Shown: piece by piece, positions 48,621 to 62,137 of the stretch
Position numbering within the stretch: position 1 is the first letter of the stretch
How the letters are laid out: each line of letters begins with the position of its first letter
From: Phyllobates terribilis
Lineage: Eukaryota
Direction of reading: 5' to 3'
Assembly (NCBI RefSeq): GCF_046119375.1
Contig: NW_027362761.1
Span: 534,378,001-534,442,000, forward strand
Length of the DNA stretch: 64,000 nt
Translations under genes and position numbers: made by a program
Notes under the pieces: model-generated
Told to the model about the DNA's origin: nothing
The model's database searches: none
What the model saw: the letters and a program-made list of their open reading frames with translations, nothing else

Positions 48621-48910
48621 CTCATTCATTTACTCTATCATCTTGTCTTCGGAAAAATGGGCGAAGGCGCGAATCAATGCGCGGCCACTGGAGACATATC
48701 TAATAAGGAATCGCGTAACTCGTCCGCCAACCAGAGAGCGGTAGTGACGTCATCGAGTGTGCGACCTCGGTTCACTCGCGCGGTCATCTCTGTGCGACCT
48801 TTAGCGCACGCTACTGTACGGTGCGAGTTGTGTTGGTGTTTACAGCCGGTACCGGACTTACAGCTTTAGTGTCAGTCTGCTGGAGAACGGCAGCCGGTCA
48901 GTTGGAGAAA

Positions 48911-49020
48911 ATGGCGGATGCTTTCGGGGATGACCTGTTTAGTGTGTTTGAAGAGGAGACACCTGCGACGGCAGCAGCAAGCAAGACCGTATCGCAGCCC
49001 GGGCCTGCGGCCAAAACCGG
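48911..49020 (+). CDS. MTREX: MTREX exon 1
   Basis: MADAFGDDLFSVFEEE...AKTG; donor CGG|GTGAGT; 110 nt. Confidence 0.95.
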
Positions 49021-49246
49021 GTGAGTGTCCACGCTAATAACACCGGTGATGGACGGTGGTAGGACAATACCGGGGAGAGCGTATGTCCTGTAGTGATCGG
49101 GCCAATCGTGTTCGCTCCGCCCGGCCGGAGGTGGAGGGAAACATTATAGGGGCCTTTATTGTGCTTTAATCTGAGGGTGTTCACATCCTCATTGGAGTGA
49201 GGGTTTAGGAATTACAGCGCTTTAATATGTAGCTGCCTCTTTTTAA

Positions 49247-50400
49247 CCCCTTCATGACCTTGTGATTTTCCGTTTTCTTTTTTTTGCTCCCCTTCACCCC
49301 AGAGCCATAACTTTTTTTTTTTCTGTCAATATGGCCGTGTCAGGAATTGTTTTTGCGGGACGAGTTGCACTTTTGAATGGCACCATTGATTACTATATAG
49401 TGTACTGGAATATGGGGAAAAATTCCCCCAAAAAATGGAATTCCACATTAGATTTTTTTTGTTTGTTTCTTTTTTTTTTTTGACAATGTTAACTATATTG
49501 TAAAACTGACCTGGCAATATGATTCTCCAGGTCAGTACGAGTACACAGATACCAAACATGTATAAGTTTTTTTTGTTTTCTTTTTAAGTGGTGAAAAAAA
49601 AAATCCAAAATTTATAAGAAAAAAAAGAAAAATTATCTTATGTCGCCATTGTCTGAGACTTGTAGCGTCTATATTTTTTACAATCTGGGGCCGGGTGAGG
49701 GTTTATATTTTGTACCCTGAGCTGATGTTTTTATTGATACCATATTGGAGTAGATACGATGTTAGGAAAGCCCATTATTGCAATGTTGTGGCAGCCAAAA
49801 AAACGTAATTCTGGTGTTTAGATTTTTTTTTCTCTTTATGCCGTTTACCGATCTGATTAATCTACTTCATATTTTGATCGGACGTTTCTGAACCGCGATA
49901 CCAAATATGTGTATTTTTTTTAATTGTTCTATTTTCAATAGGGCAAAGGAGGTGATTTGAACTTGTCTTTTTAGCTTTTTTTTTTTTTTTTTTTTTTCCT
50001 TTTTACTGGCTTCAATAGTCCACTTAGGAGACTTGAAGCTGCGATCATCCAATCACCTGTGCCATACTTGGCAGGGCTTCAGCCCTGCTATGTGTAGCAC
50101 AAATCATGATCTCCTATGAATGCCAGCCACGAGCCGGCGTTCATGGGAGATTCACAATGACGGGTACGGGGGTCTTCTGCAGATCCCCAGCTTTCATGAC
50201 AATGCATCGGCGCCCCGCAATCACGTGACAGACGCCAATGGGCGGGAGTTGTGACACTCTTCCAGCCGGCAAGTGTTAAATGCCGCTGCCAGTGAGTTTA
50301 ACTGGTAAACAGCAGCTGGTGATTCTCGCTTTCACCTGCGGCTGTTACAGGCACATGACAACTGATCAGATCAGCTGTCATGTACATGGAAAGCATTTCT
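49247..50400. mobile_element. TTAA-type non-autonomous element (right end approximate)
   Basis: TTAA|CCCCTTCATGACC start; internal blocks shared with 16951-17723. Confidence 0.65.
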
Positions 50401-51494
50401 CAGGCTTAAGACAAAACTTAAGGTAGAAAGATTCACAAACAAGCAAAAACTGAAGTCACTACAGTAAAGGCCTAAAATAAAAGCAAACCCACAATAAGAG
50501 GATTTAGAACTCTCCCTAAAAATTAACACTGCAAAAAAAGGGCAACAGTATCTACCTGCCCAGTTCTCACAACTAATGCACTCAAGATGCAGCAAACCCA
50601 TGTAATAAAGATGGCGGCAACACAGGCGCAAAATACTGATGAGACAATCACTCACAACCTACTAGCTATTGGAGGACGTGATTGCTTAGTATTAATATTG
50701 CGCACAAAAAAGGCTTGTATAGGGCACTGGTCACACACAGGTAGTGCACCGTGTCTAGCTAACAGCCTATTAGTGACGCCCATACTACTAGATAAATATC
50801 TAATATTTTGCACCTGTGTTGCCTCCATCTTTATTACATGGCTTTGCTGCATCCATTAGTTCTGAGACCTGGGCAGGTAAATGCTGCTGTCCTTTTTTTC
50901 CTGTGTGAATGCAGTAAAGGCCGGCAAAGCATCACAAAGGAGGAAACCCAGTATTTGGGGACGTCCATGGCTTCCAGACTAAAGGCAGGATTCTCTACAA
51001 AGTATTAAAGGAAACCTGTCACCTGAAAAAAACACTATTAACCTGCAGATATGGGGTTAATCTACAGGCTAATATCGTTCTGAACCTGCCCGGTGCCGGC
51101 ACTTTTACCACCTCTGCCGTGAGGAAATTAACTTTATTCCCCCCCAGCAGTGTTCGGGGTCCAGTCATGGAGGCGGCGCGGAGTCAGTTACTGCTTGGTG
51201 TATAGAGAGAGGCGGTTGTAACAGCGCCCCTAGCACTGACTGACAGCCGGCTCGAATACTGAACTGCTTTCAGTCAGGGCCGGGGTCTCAGTTATAGCCG
51301 CCGCTCTCTATTCACAGAACGGTGACTGAACCCTGAACGCCGCCGGTTGGAATAAAGTTAATTTTCTCCCAGCAGTAGGGGCCTAAGTGCAGGTACCGGG
51401 CAGCTTCACAATGCTATTAACCTGCAGATTAACCCCATATCTGCTGGTTATTAGCATTTTTTCAAGTTAGAGGTTTCCTTTTAAAATGAACATT

Positions 51495-51736
51495 TTATTT
51501 ATGGTAAAGTTAATTTGTCCAATTACTTTTGAGCCCTGAGATGAGGAGGCTTTGTAGAAAAGTGGCTGCAATTCCTAAACGTTTCACAGGATAGTTTTGT
51601 TCAACCCCTTTATTTAAACCTGAAAGTCTCCACTGCAATTGCATCTCAGTTGTTTCATTTTAAGTAAAAATGACTGGCCTGCAGAGCTGAAATCACAAAG
51701 ATTCAGTCACTGTCCAAATATTTCTGGACCTAACTG
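51495..51736. mobile_element. Tc1-like terminal fragment
   Basis: Ends GTCACTGTCCAAATATTTCTGGACCTAACTG|TA. Confidence 0.65.
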
Positions 51737-52258
51737 TATATATTCTAAGTGTAGCTTTTATCCTACCATATCAATGAAATATATAAAAAAAATATTTATA
51801 TATAAAGTATCTAAAACACCCGAGACCCCCACTGGCCACTGAAATCACTGCTTGGAAGTGCACTGCTCTTGTAAATAGCCCTTTCACGCAGTGATATCTG
51901 AAGATTTGCTATTGAGCCTGTGCACCATTCTATGTGCGCACTGCTTACAAGAGCAGCAAACTTCAAAGTGGTGTTTTGAGTGATCGGTGGGGGTCTCTGG
52001 ACCCGGACCCCCCCCCTGATCGATAGCTACTTGCAGTGCGTGTTATGTCTGCTGTGTATTTGTTTTCTTTGACTGTGTGGATTGGATGGGTTGTTACTGA
52101 CATATGTTGAGAATTTCATGCTAATAGCACCTTTAGGCTACGTTCCCACATTCAGTGTTTGTTGAGTCTTTGGTGCTGCATTATCATAAAGTATAATGTG
52201 TCACGAAAAAACAGTCTCAAAATCACTCTAATATGTTGAATCATTCCAGAGTTATTAC

Positions 52259-52774
52259 CAGGGCAGTGGAGTTGGTAAGCCAAACCTCCGACTCCTCAAT
52301 TTCCATGACTGACTCCACGACTTCGACTCCCTCATACGTGGCTCATGTTTAAGTGATAATTTACTGTAGCACAGATTCATCTCAGCTAAAAGTCTAGACC
52401 AGTGTTTCCCAAACCCCATCCTCACGGCCCCCCACACGTCATGTTTTCAGGATCTCCTTAGTATTGCACAGGTGAGAGAATTCCTGATGCCTTGATGATA
52501 GTTCAATCACCTGTGTAACACTAAGGAGATCCTGAAAACATGACCTGTGGGGGGCCGTGAGCATGGGGTTTGGGAAACACTGGTCTAGACCCTTAGATCA
52601 GGAATAGGACAGACATTTATAGGACATTTCATAACTTTCCCAAATTCTTATGAAAAAAATATTCCCCACAAACTGGATTGAACTACTGTACCCAATTTAT
52701 TATATATTTTAGGAGTTGGAGTCGGTCAATTTTATACCGACTCCACCAAAATGGACTCCGACTCCACAGCCCTG
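52259..52774. mobile_element. hAT MITE
   Basis: CAGGGCAGTGGAG...CTCCACAGCCCTG; perfect 8-bp TSD GTTATTAC. Confidence 0.9.
52400..52582. mobile_element. hAT MITE nested in the previous one
   Basis: CAGTGTTTCCCAAACC...GGTTTGGGAAACACTG; perfect 8-bp TSD GTCTAGAC. Confidence 0.92.
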
Positions 52775-54234
52775 GTTATTACTACATAAAGTGACAACAT
52801 GTCAGATTTCTAAAATTTGGCCCGGTCATTAAGAGGTTAAATCCCATCCACTTTGCTGGAACCGTAAAACGTTGTGTCTTTGCCTCAGCGTCAAAAACGA
52901 GATAAAAGCTCATCATGGGAACTTAGCCTTAGCGAAATGAGTTACAGGAGTTTCTCAAGATCACAAATTGGTAAAATTGCATAAGTGCTTGTAAAAACCA
53001 GCAACTTTGCAATTAACCCCTTATTAATAATCTGCTCCTTTCTCAAGAGCGAAGGGATTTTTAAGTTTCTAGTGTACAGTTTTCACGGTCACCGTCCATC
53101 CTGCAGTCCAATCCTGCCTTGTGACCGAGGTAAGCAGGGTAGGGAGCGCGCACAGCTTGCAGTCTCTGTTCTTTTTACTCTGCTTGCTCCATCATCTCTG
53201 GCCAGTTTGTGTCTCTGTTCTTCTTTCGTGCCACAGAGGCAAAGATGTCTCTGCAGTCAGTCTGGGAGAGAGCAGAGTTTGGAGCAGCGGTGAGACCGTG
53301 CTGCTGTTCAGAACTGTTAAGGCTCTTGCAGACGTCCATGGATCTCAGTCCGATCACAGACCACAATACACGGACTGGCCGTGGGTCTCCTGACCGTAGC
53401 ATGACGGCTTTGTATATTTCTGAGTTGTCACGCTTAGGTCGGGAAACCAACAGCCAGTCTGTACACTGCGGACCGAGATCCACAGATTGTCTGCATGAGT
53501 ACTTAGTCTTGGGGAGCTCATTGCCCCCCTGCAAAGCAGGAAACGGGCAACATTTTGCTCCTGAAGATGCATCTTGAGAAACCCTTTTAACTAATAACCC
53601 AAGTCAGTCAGTGAGTCAATTCTGATATGAGCGTTTGTAACTCTTATCTTCCTTTCTCTGAGCTCCTCTACTGATTTATGAAGCCAGAATTCAGCTCAAC
53701 TTCTATGTGGTCATAAATCAGCTCAGAGGAAGAAAGCTATCTTATAAACTGTCATCAGCTCACTGATGGATTCTCAGTTTACTTATTCTGCAGTCAACAA
53801 TAAACAGAGCAAGGCACAAGCTATAGAAAGCAAATGATGCAAAAGTTTTAATGAAACCCAATTTACATAAATTTAAACAAAAAAATGCCCCTAAAGGTCT
53901 CCATATTCTTTCTGTTGCAACCCAATCTTGTTAAAGGGGTTGTTCCAAGATCGCAATTTATATACAGGGTAGGTAAATGTCTGATCATTGGGGGCTCTTA
54001 CCACTTGGACCCCACAATCACAAAAATTGGAATCCCAAGTCTCCCTTTTAAATGGAGCAGTAGTCCAGCCAAAAACATGGCATGGTCTCCATCCTTTGAC
54101 TATTGCTGGGGCTACGTCCGTGCAGATCCTCCTCCTCCTGTCTTCTTGCTTGTTACCTTGCTTTCCAATTAAATGTTATGGAGTAATTTTGCATTGATTC
54201 TTTCTCTTTAACCTATTCCAATCTGTTGTCTCAG

Positions 54235-54366
54235 GAAGAAGAAGGTGAAACCGCTCACCGGAGCCGCACCTGCAGCCAAAAGAGAGGCGACTACTCTGGA
54301 CGGTCCGGAGGATTGCATCTTCGGAAAGAAGCTAAAACTTGAGCCTTCACCAGTGGACGATGACAA
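54235..54366 (+). CDS. MTREX: MTREX exon 2
   Basis: KKKVKPL...DGPEDCIFGKKLKLE...; 132 nt; phases 2/2 fit. Confidence 0.88.
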
Positions 54367-54459
54367 GTAAGAGTTAACGTCTGGCTGTGATTATATTACA
54401 GACGGCTTCTGTGAAACTTTGATTTAAGAGAATTTATCTCAAACTGGTAATGGTCTAAA

Positions 54460-54663
54460 GGCCACAGCCCCACTATCAGTATTCAGTCAGTATTTTTTCT
54501 CAGGAGTGGGAGCCGAAACCAGGAGTGGGTGATAAATGCAGAATTGGTGACTTGTTTCTATTATACTTTTTTCTCTGATTGTTCCTCACCTGGTTTTGGC
54601 TCCGACTCCTGAGAAAAAATACTGACGGAATACTGACCAAATACTGATAGTGGGGCCGTGGCC
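54460..54663. mobile_element. Short TIR MITE
   Basis: TIR GGCCACAGCCCCACTATCAGTATT / AATACTGATAGTGGGGCCGTGGCC. Confidence 0.75.
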
Positions 54664-54879
54664 AAACAGACAGAGTAGGTGAACCATATAAAGAGACCTG
54701 GATTAAAATGTATTTCTGCACATATGGTTTTAAAGACCCCCATCCACATATTCTGTAATGTAAACGGTCACAGCTTCTCGTCGCAGCAACCAGTGCCAAA
54801 ACAAGTCTGAACACGGCCAAATACTTGGTCGTTTGTAGCAGCAGGAGCTCACTCAGCTCTTAACTCAAGCAGAACTAAA

Positions 54880-55232
54880 AGAGGTATTCCCATCTCCAAG
54901 ATCCTATCCCAATATGTAGTAGGTATAATGATAATATTAGCAAATACCTCTAATGTGAAATGTAGTATAGTTCTTCTGATTCACTATGTCTCTTTCCTCA
55001 TGTGCAAGGCATTGCAGTAGCTTAGGTATCCATGTTTACTACAGCTAACTAACTGTCACTCTATGAGTTGTAACCATGCATACCTAAGCTACTGCAATGC
55101 CTGCACATGGGGAAAGCAACATAGTGAATCAGAAGAACTACACTACATTTCTAATTGGAGGGATTAGTTGATATTATTATTACTACACCTACTATATATT
55201 GGGATAGGGTTTTGGAGATGGGAAGACCCCCT
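54880..55232. mobile_element. TTAA-flanked MITE family A copy 3 (a partial copy 4 lies at 62299-62436)
   Basis: Same body as 5575-5941. Confidence 0.82.
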
Positions 55233-55661
55233 TTAACTGCAATACCCGACATATTTAATGGACAGAGGTGACGCTGTTTTTGAAAAAGTAGCTGTTTTGT
55301 TTCTAATTGGAAAATCCCTTTATCTGGCATATCCACTGCAAATTTAATACAATGAGCTTTACTCGCCCACCATAAATCTGAACCCTTTCTCTGCCCCTGG
55401 TCTTTGTTGACAGGCTGCAGCGGTGATGTCAGTACTTAAGCACATTATCGCTGTTGCAAATCACTTGGGTTTTCACTGATGTCAACGTAATCGGCACAAA
55501 ACCACTGAACCAAGTGATTGGTAGCTCTAGTCTTAATGTCATCACTGCAGCCTGTCAACAAAGATCAGAGGCAGCGGTGGATATCACTAGGTGGCGCTGT
55601 TGTTGGGGGTACTGGATTACACAGAAGCACTGATATACCTGACCCACATGTATTCTTACAG

Positions 55662-55728
55662 CCTAGCAGACCTGATGCCCAGGGTGAAAGTGCAAGAAGT
55701 GGACACAATTGAGGGCTGCACCCACGAG
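55662..55728 (+). CDS. MTREX: MTREX exon 3
   Basis: LADLMPRVKVQEVDTIEGCTHE; 67 nt. Confidence 0.95.
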
Positions 55729-56461
55729 GTAATTACTGATGCGATAAGTTGTCTATTTTACACATTGTAGTGAAGCTTCTGCTTTGTGGGATTTGGGCGG
55801 CAGAATGCTTCATTCATCAACGCAGACCATCTACAGATTCTCCTAGTAGCCCCAAAAAATGTTGGGCTACTAAAAGAATAGATGGGGCACAAAGTATGAG
55901 TCATAAAGGTTTGCCCAATAGTTGATAGCCCCTTTAACTTCAATGGTATTTCTCTTTACACGAATTGATGGCACGTTGCTAGGATATGCCATTACTTAAT
56001 GATTTCCAGGGGGTCTGACCACAGCCCCACCAACCCCCACTGATCCTGGGAATGAAGGGTCCACCATAAACCTGATAACGGTGAATGGGTGCGGAGTTCT
56101 CTTTGCTTTCGTTAAGTCGGATATAAACCAATTCTTAAGTGAGGATTAACCCTTTTATATTAAGGGGAATAAAAAGAGCCTTTTTGCTTCACATCATGAC
56201 GGTCTCAGCCATATACCCCCCTAGTGCGTGTTCTGTAGCCTTGAGTTGGGGGCACACATTCCCAGTCAACACATTCAGGACCTGGGATGGGTAGACGGCA
56301 TCTTGTAAGTGACCCGGACTTTGCTTGATTGTACTTGCACAAAGCTGAGACTGGTGCACGATGCCACAGAATAATACAGGTCATGATGTCCAAATTTCCT
56401 GTTTCAAGCCCTCTGGATACCTCTGTACAGAAGTTTACATTTGTCTGTTTTCTTCCTTTAG

Positions 56462-56524
56462 GTTGCACTCCCTGCAGATGACGAGTATTTGCCTTTAAGA
56501 CCACGAGTCGGCAAAGCTTCAAAG
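56462..56524 (+). CDS. MTREX: MTREX exon 4
   Basis: VALPADDEYLPLRPRVGKASK; 63 nt. Confidence 0.95.
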
Positions 56525-56698
56525 GTGGGTTCTGAAGATTTCAATGGAGAATTGGTTTCCACTGAAGGCATTTAGCATCACTTCCAATCGCCTACACATA
56601 AACATGGCTGCCATTCAGTGCAATAAGATATCTGGTAACACTCCGGTACTAAGGAAAACCCTACCTCTGTTCACTCCATTGCAAATAACCATTTTTAA

Positions 56699-59600
56699 CC
56701 CCTTCCCGACATTTGACGTCAGTTTGTCATGGTCGGGAAGGGGTTCACGCAAAATGACGGAAATTTACGTCATGGTGATAATGCGGGCACAGAAGCGTTG
56801 TCCGCAGGAATAAGTTATAGCCGAGACCCGGCTGTCACTGCCAGAAACAGTGCCCTCACCACCCTGGCCATTTAACCCCCTAATTGCCTCAATCAATAGC
56901 GATTGCCGCATTTAGACGGCTGGGAGAGGGAGGGGGCTCCCTCTCCCTTCCGATTGGAGCCCCCGTGACATAATCGCGGAGGCCAAATTGTTGCCATGGC
57001 AACCAGAGACCATCATGATAACTTCCGGGTCAGCCAGTTATGGCAAGCCTGTTGGACCATGTGGTCTAAGAGGCTTCTCTCAGTGCAGCACTGACAGGTA
57101 TAAAGCATTGCAATGCTTTATAACAGTGATCAGATGAATAAAAGTAAAAGTGCCATAGAGGGACAAAGTAGAAAAGTTAAAAAAAAAAAAAAAATTGTAA
57201 AAATATTTAAAAAAAAAAAGTTGTACCAATAAATGCACATATTTATGTAAAAAAGACATATTTGGCATTGCTGCGTCTGGAACGACCTGAGCTATGAAAC
57301 TTTCACAATATTTAATACCTTCCACTGTAAAAAAAAGTGATAAAAAATGTAGCAAAAAATTGCTTTTTCATCATACCACCAAAAAAAGAGCGTGATCAAA
57401 AAGTCAAAAGAAAACAAAAATGGAATCACTGAAGAAGTTTTCTTGTCCTGCAAAAAAAACAAGCTACCATTCAGCTCTGTCAGCGGAGAAATAAGTTATA
57501 ATTCTCAGAATAGAGCAATGCAAAAACAATGTTTTTTTCTATTAAATTGTTTTTTATTGTGTAACCCCCCCCCCAAAAAAAAAAGTGGTATTGCTGTAAT
57601 CGTACTGACCCGACGAATAAAGCTGCCTTATCGATTTTAACACACGAACGGCATAAAAAAAAAACACTATTCCTGAACTGCTGGTTTTTGTTCATTTTGC
57701 CTCCAAAAAATCAGCGTAGAAAGCGATCAAAAAATATGACCCCGAAAATGGTACCAACAAAAACGTCAGCTTGTCTTGAAAGACAAGCCCTCACACGGCT
57801 GTAAGCCGAAATATGGAAAAATTATAGCTCTCAGAATATGGCGATGCAAAAACTTTGTTTTGCAACAAAAAAAGCGTCTTTTAGTGTGTGACAGCAACGA
57901 AACATAAAAATCCTGATATAAATCTGGTATCTCTGTAGTCATACCAACCAGAAGAATAAAGTAGTCTAATCACTTATACCGCATGAGGAATGGTGTAAAA
58001 AAAAAAAAAAACAATTCTTCACCTGCTGTTGATTTGCTCATTCCGCCTCCCAAAGATCACAGTAAGGCTTGGTGCACATTTATCCTGTGCTCTGCGCTGA
58101 ACGCTTACACCGTGGTTTCCGAGTAAATCTCTAATATATGTAATTCAGACGGATCCTCCAGCAGAAGATTCCCTGTAATGAGGCAGATGAACACTGTGGA
58201 CGCTTTCTGGCCTATGATCCGGCATTGTCCATCTTTTTAGGCGTGCATAAAAGCGCGATCGGCCACAGTTTTGTGCACTTCTGAAGAGGACACTGCTGAA
58301 CAGAGGCCAAATGGAGTCCAGAGTAACTCTGCTGCCTCATTATAGTGAATGGATTCCTGGGGGGTTTCCTCAGACTACCATCATTCAGCGATTTAGATGG
58401 AAACCCCAAAGGAAGTGCTCAGCGTAGGATGCCGGATAAATTTGAACCTAAATATTTTGTAAAATGTTCCCAATAAAAGCTTCAGCTCAATCCACAAAAA
58501 TAGCAAGTCCCCACTCAGGTCCGTCATTTGTCAATGGAAATATAGGGCGCTTTCACGTTACTGGTTGTACAAATGCTCTTGAAAAGCGCTATGGCTCCTT
58601 GCCCCCCAAAAGAAATAAAGCGAATTCTGCATTCCCAAATCCAAAAGCCCCCTCCCTTCTGAGTCCCACAATGTGCCTTTCAGTTTGCTTTTCTGTGGCC
58701 ATGAGAGCCCGCCTAATCCGTGTCTCCTGAAGCATGAACTGGTCACTACAACGTACTGGTCACTACAACGGCAGTTTAAAATGTTCACTCCGCAACATCC
58801 ATTGCTGCTTGTTTATGGAAAACACCCATGGTGTCAAAATCATCACTACACTTGTAGATAAATTCCTAGAGGGGTATAATTTCCAAAATTGGGTCAGTTG
58901 AGGGGGTATTCTGCTTTTCTCATACCTAGCAGCTCTGTATATGGTGTCCACTAACTATTCTACTATAATTTTTTTCTCCAAGAGGCAAATGGTTCTCCAT
59001 CTCTCTGAGTCTCACTGTGTGGCTAAGCAGTACTGTACAGCCACATATGGGGTATTTCCACATTCAGTGGAAATTGCGTTACAAATTTTAGTGACATTTT
59101 TACACATTTCCCCATGTGAAAATGTAAAATCTGGGGCTAAAACAAAATTTTTGTGGTAAAAATGTAATTATTTTTACTTCACTGCCCAATGCTATACAAT
59201 TCTGTGATACACCTGTGGTGTCAATATGATCACTACACCCCTACATGAATTCATTGAGGTGTAGTTCATAAAATGGGGTCACTTATGGGGTTCTGCTGTT
59301 CTGGCCCCTCAGGAGCTCTCCCAGTGGGTCATGGCACCCTCAAAACCATAACAGTAAAATTTGCACTATAATATGGCGCTTCTTCCATTCTGAGCTTTGC
59401 AATGTGCCTCGAGAGTAGTTCCCGATTACATGTAGGGTATTGGCGCGCTAAGGAGAAATTGCACAACAAACTGAGGTCCATTTTATTCCTATTGGTCCTT
59501 ATGAAAAATAGAAACTTGGGGCTAAAACAACATTTTAGTGGTAAAAATGTAATTATTCTTTCTTAACCGCCCAATGGTATAAAATTCTGTGGTGTCAACA

Positions 59601-61283
59601 TGCTCACTGCATCCCTAGGTGAATTCATTGGGGGGGTGTAGTTTGTAAAATGAGGTCACATATGGGGTATTCTGCTGTTCTGGCATTTCAGGGGCTCTGC
59701 CAATGTGACATGGCACCTTCAAACCATTTCAGCAAAATATACACTATAATATGGCGCTCCTTCCCTTCTGAGCTTTGCACTGTGCCTGAAAAGTAGTTTT
59801 TGACCACTTATGGGGTATCCACGTACTAAGGAGAAATTGTGTAACAAATTGTACCCCTCATTTTCTCCTATTATCCCTTTTGAGAATTAAAAACTTAAGG
59901 CCAAGCAACATTTTAGTGGGAAAAATAGTAATTTTCTATTAACTCAGCCCATTGCTATACAATTCTTTGAATTGCCTGAGGGTTAAAAATGCTCACTACA
60001 CCCCTAGATGAATTCCACAATAGGTGTAGTTTCCATAATGGGGTCACTTGTAGGGCTTTCTGCTTTTTTGGCATGTCAGGGGCTCTTCAAATGTGACATG
60101 GCCTCCGCAATCTATTCCAGACAATATTGTGCTCCAGAATTCAGTTGGCGCTCCTTTCCTTCGGAGCCCTGCCGTGCGCCCAAACAGTAATTTTCCACTA
60201 CATATTGGATATCGGCGTACTCAAGAGAAATTGAACAACAAATTGTATGGTCCGCTTTGTCGTGAAAATGAAAAATTGGGGGCCAAAAGAAAATTTTTGC
60301 AGGAAAAATGTATTTTTAAATATTCACGGCTCAAATTATAAACTTCTGTGAAGCACCTGTAGGTACAAGATGCTCACCACACATCTAGATAAGTTTCTTG
60401 ACAGATGTAGTTCCCAAAATAAGGTCACTTTCCACTGTTTAGGCACATCAGGGTCTCTGCAAATGCAACATGCCGTCCACTCTCTTTTCCAGCCAATTTT
60501 GCGCTCCAAAGGTCAAACGACACTCCTTCCCTTCAGAGCCCTGCTGTGCGCCCAAACAGTAGTTTTCCACCACATATGGGGTATCTACGTACTCGGGAGA
60601 AATTGCAGAGCTAATTATGTGGTCCATTTTCTCCTATTACCCCTGTGAAAATGCAAAATTTGGGGCTAAATCAGCATATTTGTTGGTAAAAGTAAAATTT
60701 TCATTTTTTTTCTTTCCACATTGCTTTAATTCTTGTGAAGCACTTGAAGGGTTAATCAACTTTTTGAATGTGGTTGTGAGCACTTTGATGGGCACAGTTT
60801 TTAGACTGGTGTCACTTTTGAGTATTTTCTGTCATTCAGGCCCCTCAAAGTCACTTAAAATGTGATGTGGTCCCTTAAAAATTGGTGTTGTAAATTTCGT
60901 TAGAAAATTAAGGAATTGCTGATCAAATTTTAACTTCTAACTTCCTAGCAAAAAAAAATTGTTTCAAAAATGATGTAGATGTAAAGTAGTAAATGTTATT
61001 TATTATTATTTTATGTGCTATAACTCACTGGTTTCAGGGCATAAGAATTAAAAGTGCAACATTTTAAAAAATTTTGCCAAAATGTTAATATTTTCACAAA
61101 TGCAAAAAATATCAGCTTAAATTTACCACTAACATGAAGTACAATATGTCGCAAACAAACAGTCTCCGAATCAGTGAGATACATTGAAGCGTTCCAGAGT
61201 TATTAGCACATAAAGTGACACTGGTCAGAATTGTAAAAATTAGCCCGGTCATGAAGGTGAAAACAGGCTCACGGGTGAAGCTG
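56699..61283. mobile_element. ~4.6 kb TTAA-flanked non-autonomous element with ~380-bp internal tandem units
   Basis: TTAA|CCCCTTCCCGAC start and a degenerate right end; GGGGTCACTT-type anchors near 58893, 59276, 59651, 60041, 60421 and 60808; no coding ORF. Confidence 0.72.
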
Positions 61284-61412
61284 TAATGGTGAGTAGTGAT
61301 CCACGTTGTCTGGGATCCTAGCATAAATTACTTTTTTTTGCATTGCACAGTGCTGCCTTTTATTTCCCTGTCTCTCACTCATTCTCTCTCTTTTTTTTTT
61401 TCCTATTTTTAG

Positions 61413-61525
61413 GAATATCCGTTCATACTTGATGCCTTTCAGAAAGAAGCCATTCTTTGCATCGATAACAATCAGTCTGTCCTGGTGTCTGCTCATACTT
61501 CAGCTGGAAAAACCGTGTGTGCAGA
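61413..61525 (+). CDS. MTREX: MTREX exon 5 (Walker A)
   Basis: [37 protein letters not shown]; 113 nt. Confidence 0.96.
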
Positions 61526-61962
61526 GTATGTATTTTTTTCAACGCTATAATTTGTATTGTACCATCTATAATATTTGGTTTTCATATTTTAATTATTTCA
61601 TGTATTATTTTTAGTGCATTAATCTGTAAACCTCCCTTACTGATCACGAAGGGGCCACAGTGGTCTGTCACTGTGCTGCTCTCTAGCATAGGGTGTGATA
61701 TTACAGCCTAATCCCCTTCACTTGAGCCAGTTGATGAATCAGTGGCCATGTGGCTAGTAAAACTGTGAATGGCCACTATGTTTTACTGAGTGTCTTTCAT
61801 GACTAGTGGAGATCTCGCACCAATCATCATTGATTGGATATACCAAGAATATGACCTCAAAGTAGAACTCCATACAAGCCATTATCGCTGATGTTATGGC
61901 ATGAGCTTATGTCTTATTACCTGAAGGCAATGTTCATCTCCTGTCCTCTTGCTTTCCTACAG

Positions 61963-62137
61963 ATATGCCATAGCTCTGGCTCTCCGGGAAAAACAAAGGG
62001 TTATTTTCACCAGCCCAATCAAAGCTCTGAGTAATCAGAAATACAGAGAGATGTACGAAGAGTTCCAGGATGTCGGTTTAATGACTGGAGACGTCACAAT
62101 CAATCCTACAGCGTCCTGCCTGGTGATGACCACTGAG
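61963..62137 (+). CDS. MTREX: MTREX exon 6
   Basis: [27 protein letters not shown]...CLVMTTE; 175 nt. Confidence 0.96.

Larger units (their letters stand above)
48440..49150. promoter_or_regulatory. CpG-rich, probably bidirectional MTREX/DHX29 promoter
   Basis: CpG-dense unique sequence around the MTREX ATG; three TGACGTCA (CRE) sites at 48480, 48516 and 48745; YY1-like AAAATGGC motifs on both strands (48571-48609 minus, 48908 plus). Confidence 0.75.
48911..62137 (+). other. MTREX: MTREX (SKIV2L2/MTR4) gene span, exons 1-6 (continues past the window)
   Basis: In-frame splice chain from MADAFGDDLFSVF to ...CLVMTTE with AHTSAGKT and [11 protein letters not shown]. Confidence 0.97.

Noticed and set aside
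53121-53577. Overlapping 90-122 aa ORFs in MTREX intron 1
   Set aside because: No homology recognised and no place in the MTREX phase chain.
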